Shown: positions 60,679 to 64,000 of the stretch, one piece after another
How positions within the stretch are numbered: position 1 is the first letter of the stretch
Layout of the letters: every line of letters starts with the position of its first letter
NCBI GenBank assembly: GCA_029858285.1
Contig: JAOUFN010000002.1
Location: 9,842 to 73,841, forward strand
Source of the DNA: Nitrospirota bacterium
GTDB lineage: Bacteria > Nitrospirota > JACRHL01
DNA: 64,000 bases
Reading direction: 5' to 3'
Notes under the pieces: generated by a model
Database searches by the model: none
Seen by the model: the letters and a program-made list of their open reading frames with translations, nothing else
What the model was told of the DNA's origin: nothing
Made by a program: the position numbers and the translations under genes

Positions 60679-60833
60679 GCGCTGTCCTTCTGGCTGAAGC
60701 GTACAAAAACAGGGGGCCACAGCTCCCCACCCCCGGGGAGCGGCATCTGTCACAAGGGTACGGTTTTGGCGCCGTCCGTGGCAACCGGAAACCGTGTCGG
60801 CGGGGCCGTGGCGCGGGATCGGTGCGAACGGCG

Positions 60834-61871
60834 TCAGCCGTTGCGGACGTCCAGCACCACCTTGCCGAAGTGGCCGCGCGACTCCAGCCAGGCGTGGGCT
60901 TCTCCCGCCTGGCGCAGGGGAAAGGTGCGGTCGATCACCGGGCAAATTGCGCCTGCGGCCACCCTGGCCAGCAGGGCGTGCAGGTCGGAAATTCCCCCCA
61001 GACGCGCCCCCAGCACCGACTGCTGGCGCGAGAACAGGTCGCGCAGGGGGAGTTGAGCGGTGGCCCCGGTGGTGGTGCCGCACACCAGCAGCCGCCCCCC
61101 CACCGCCAGCGCGGCGAGGTCGTCGGCAAAGCGTTCCGCTCCGGTGTGGTTGAGCACCACGTCCGCGCCCCAGCCGCCGGTCTGCTCCCGCACCCAGGGG
61201 GCAACCGCCCCGCGGCTGTGGTCAAAACAGGCCTCGGCCCCCAGTTTCAGAACCTTTTGGCACTTTTCGGCCCCCCCGGCGGTGGCCAGCACCCGCGCCC
61301 CCCACAGGCGCGCGATCTGCACCGCAAAGGTGCCCACCCCGCCGCCCGCGCCGGGCACCAGCACGGTGTCGCCGGGGCGCAGCCGGGCGCGGGTGACGAG
61401 CAGGTGCCAGGCCGTCACCCCGGCCACCCCCAGGGTGGCGGCGGCGGCCATGTCCAGCCCTTCGGGCAGGGGCAGCAGGTTGCGCCCCGGCAGCAGCACG
61501 AATTCGGCGTAAGTTCCGGCCACCCTCGGGGCCGCCCCCAGGATGGCGAACTGCGGGCACAACTGCCCCTGGCCACCGGCACAGGCGGAGCAGACACCGC
61601 AGGACAGGCCGGGGTGGATCAGATAGGCGCCGCCAGGAGTGACGCCGGACACCCCCGGCCCCACCGCCACCGCCACCCCCGCGCCGTCACAGCCGGGGGT
61701 GTGAGGCAGGGGCAACGTCAGGGCGCCGCGCCGCAGCCACACGTCCAGAAAATTGACCGAGGCGGCATGCACCCTCAGCAGCACCTCGCCGGGGCCGGGG
61801 CGGGGCACCGCCACGGTGCCGGGCGCAAGCACTTCCGGGCCGCCGCCGCGCCCGCAGCGCATTGCCGTCAT
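60834..61871 (-). CDS. Zn-binding MDR-family oxidoreductase (quinone-reductase-like)
   Basis: SVNFLD in place of the catalytic Cys, PGCDGAG, structural CGVCSAC...C, PGAGGGVG, GHFGKVVL. Confidence 0.85.
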   Translation of the reverse strand: MTAMRCGRGGGPEVLAPGTVAVPRPGPGEVLLRVHAASVNFLDVWLRRGALTLPLPHTPGCDGAGVAVAVGPGVSGVTPGGAYLIHPGLSCGVCSACAGGQGQLCPQFAILGAAPRVAGTYAEFVLLPGRNLLPLPEGLDMAAAATLGVAGVTAWHLLVTRARLRPGDTVLVPGAGGGVGTFAVQIARLWGARVLATAGGAEKCQKVLKLGAEACFDHSRGAVAPWVREQTGGWGADVVLNHTGAERFADDLAALAVGGRLLVCGTTTGATAQLPLRDLFSRQQSVLGARLGGISDLHALLARVAAGAICPVIDRTFPLRQAGEAHAWLESRGHFGKVVLDVRNG

Positions 61872-61942
61872 GGTGGCGGGAATGGCGCCTGGCGCCGGAG
61901 GATTCGCGGCGTGGCTCACGGCTGACCCCGGATCGGCGTGGT

Positions 61943-64000
61943 TCAGTGGCCGCGGGCGAAGTCGCGCAGCCACTGGTTGGGCACAAAGCGCTCGCCGTGC
62001 TGCTGGGCCAACCGGTCCAGCACCGCCACCACCTGCCCTGCGCCGCGCTCCTCCACATAGCGCATCAGGCCGCCCCGGAAGGGCGGGAAGCCGGTGCCGA
62101 ATACCATGCCCGCGTCCAGCATGTCGGCGTTTTCGACAATTCCCTCTTCCAGCACCCGTGCCGCCTCGGCCACCATGGCCAGGATGCAGCGGTCACGCAC
62201 GTCCTCATCGCCAAAGCTCTGGCTGCCGCGCCCCTCCACCAGACGGTAGGTTTCCGGATCGACCCCCTTGGCCTTGCCGTTTTCGTACTTGTAAAACCCC
62301 TTGCCCACCTTGCGGCCATAGCGCCCGGTATCGAACAGGCGGCCCATGCCGGAAGCCGGGGTCATGCGCTCGCCGTAGCCGCTGTGCAGCACGTCCGCCA
62401 CGTGGTGGCAGATGTCCAGGCCCACCTCGTCCGCCAGGCGGAAGGCCGCCATGGGCATGCCGAAGTCGTACAGCACCTGATCCACATGCTCGATGCGCGC
62501 CCCCTCCTGCAACAACAGCATGGCCTCGTTGATGAAGGGCATCAGGATGCGGTTGACCAGAAATCCGGGGCACTCCTGCACGATCAGCGGCAGCTTGCCG
62601 ATGCGCACCGACAGGGCGGTGACCAGCGCCACGGTTTCGGGGGCGGTTTTGTCCCCCACCACCACCTCCACCAGGGGCATTTTGGGCACCGGGTTGAAGA
62701 AGTGCATGCCGCAGGCCCGCTCCGGGCGGGGCACCCCGGCGAACATGTCGGTGATGCCGAGGGACGATGTGTTGGTCAGCAGCAGGGCCTTGTCGCCCAA
62801 CTGGCGGGCGGCGTCGCCGAACAGGGACTGCTTGATGCCCATATTCTCGGCCACCGCCTCGATGATCAGGTCGGAGTGTCCCAGACGTTTGAGGTCCGTG
62901 GTCGGCAGCAGGCGGCTCATGATGCGCTCCGCCTCGCCGCGCCCGGCGTTGCGACCGGCACGTTTGGCCTCCTTGGCGATGCCTTTGAGCCCCTTGCCCA
63001 CGGCCTTGTCGGACAGGTCCGCCAGACGCACCACCAGACCCTTTTTGGCAAACTCCCCGGCGATTCCCGCGCCCATCACCCCGGCGCCCACCACCACGGC
63101 GCGCTGGATGGCGGCGGCGTCGGCCTTGCCCATGCGCGCGGCGTCCTGGTGCTTGAGCTTTTCCGAGGCGAAGAACACGCGGATCAGGTTCTTGGTGACC
63201 GCCAGGGGGGCCAGCGCCCCGCAGGAGATGGCCTCCGCCTGATGCGCCTGCACCGAACCCAGCCCGTGGATGCGCTCCAGCACCTCCAGCGCCGCGAACG
63301 GCGCCGGGTAATGGTCGGGCCGCACCTTGGCGGACAGCATCTTGCGCGCCTGCTTGAAGAACACCTTGCGCCCCAGCGGGTTGCCGGTCAGCAGCCGGTC
63401 CACCAACCCGCCGTGGTGGTGCGCCGCATGGCGCCGGTCCAGTTCACGGCGCGCGGCGTCGAGCAGAATTTCCCTGGGCACCGCCTGCCCCACCAGAGAG
63501 GCCTTTTTCGCCTGACGGGCGGTGACGGTCTTGCCCGCCAGAATCCAGTCGGTGGCCTTCTGCAACCCCACCACCCGGGGCAGGCGCACGCAGCCGCCAA
63601 AGCCGGGGTGGATGCCGAGTTTGACCTCCGGCAGCCCCATGCGGGTGGAGAGGTCGTCGCTGCACACCCGGTGGGTGCAGGCCAGCGCCAGCTCCAAGCC
63701 GCCCCCCAGACAGACGCCGTGAATCGCCGCCACCGTCGGGAACGGCAGGCGCGCCAGTTGCATCAGCACCGCTTGCCCCCGCTCCACCATGGCGGTGGCC
63801 TTGGTGGGGTCGAGCAGGCCAGCGATTTCGTTGACGTCCGCCCCGGCGATGAAGCCGGCCTTGGCGGAGCGCACAATCATGCCCTTGGCCTTGGTGTTGG
63901 CCAAACCGTCGAGGACGCGGGACAACTCCTCAAGCACCGAACCGGACAGGACGTTGACGGCCTTGTCGGGGGTGTCAATAGTAAGGGTAATGATTCCGTC
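61943..64000 (-). CDS. Enoyl-CoA hydratase / 3-hydroxyacyl-CoA dehydrogenase (FadB/FadJ-like), 5'-partial
   Basis: FIAGAD, CLGGGLEL, GLPEVKLG, GAGVMG, IEAVAE, TNTSS, HFFNP, PGFLVNR; frame open to the window end. Confidence 0.93.
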   Translation of the reverse strand, partial: DGIITLTIDTPDKAVNVLSGSVLEELSRVLDGLANTKAKGMIVRSAKAGFIAGADVNEIAGLLDPTKATAMVERGQAVLMQLARLPFPTVAAIHGVCLGGGLELALACTHRVCSDDLSTRMGLPEVKLGIHPGFGGCVRLPRVVGLQKATDWILAGKTVTARQAKKASLVGQAVPREILLDAARRELDRRHAAHHHGGLVDRLLTGNPLGRKVFFKQARKMLSAKVRPDHYPAPFAALEVLERIHGLGSVQAHQAEAISCGALAPLAVTKNLIRVFFASEKLKHQDAARMGKADAAAIQRAVVVGAGVMGAGIAGEFAKKGLVVRLADLSDKAVGKGLKGIAKEAKRAGRNAGRGEAERIMSRLLPTTDLKRLGHSDLIIEAVAENMGIKQSLFGDAARQLGDKALLLTNTSSLGITDMFAGVPRPERACGMHFFNPVPKMPLVEVVVGDKTAPETVALVTALSVRIGKLPLIVQECPGFLVNRILMPFINEAMLLLQEGARIEHVDQVLYDFGMPMAAFRLADEVGLDICHHVADVLHSGYGERMTPASGMGRLFDTGRYGRKVGKGFYKYENGKAKGVDPETYRLVEGRGSQSFGDEDVRDRCILAMVAEAARVLEEGIVENADMLDAGMVFGTGFPPFRGGLMRYVEERGAGQVVAVLDRLAQQHGERFVPNQWLRDFARGH

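Overview
64 kb of high-GC, diderm bacterial chromosome, mostly core genome. LpxC, MglBA, a split b6-type cytochrome b and the dprA-topA-trmFO-xerC and rpsF-ssb-rpsR-DUF2232 gene orders suggest a Nitrospirota/deltaproteobacterial-like lineage (inference only). In order: the 3' part of a surface-polysaccharide cluster (AsnB-like amidotransferase, glycosyltransferases, Wzy-like protein, carbamoyltransferase, epimerase, phosphoglycosyl transferase, PglF/WbpM; 1-11.6 kb); Hsp70-like, APH-AAA, dprA, topA, trmFO, xerC on the minus strand; a Rieske/cyt b6/subunit IV/tetraheme cyt c operon; malQ; a 30-aa small ORF before a COG3748 membrane protein; rqcH; a two-gene histidine-kinase-like pair; fabH; lpxC; DUF4388; rpsF-ssb-rpsR; dksA; tRNA-Pro/Arg/His; mglB-mglA-TPR-oppD-oppF; glcD-like oxidase; mdh; aldehyde dehydrogenase; C26 hydrolase; a methyltransferase with a (DRDPR)13 tail; pntAB; lipoprotein-ppx; recG; rpmB; Usp; MDR oxidoreductase; partial FadB/FadJ-like gene. 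No integrase, transposase or CRISPR-Cas is supported. Best leads: (1) an adjacent kinase-like pair with complementary defects, one lacking the phospho-His but keeping the ATP-binding boxes, the other the reverse; (2) a modular REP/REPIN-like repeat family with a conserved ~110-bp core in four copies, forming inverted arrays around lipoprotein-ppx and always starting at a stop codon in the same polarity; (3) pervasive 12-28 bp micro-duplications at gene boundaries; (4) a carbamoyltransferase with substitutions at several normally conserved motif positions; (5) an unannotated 30-aa membrane peptide. All family assignments come from recognised motifs; no database search was run.
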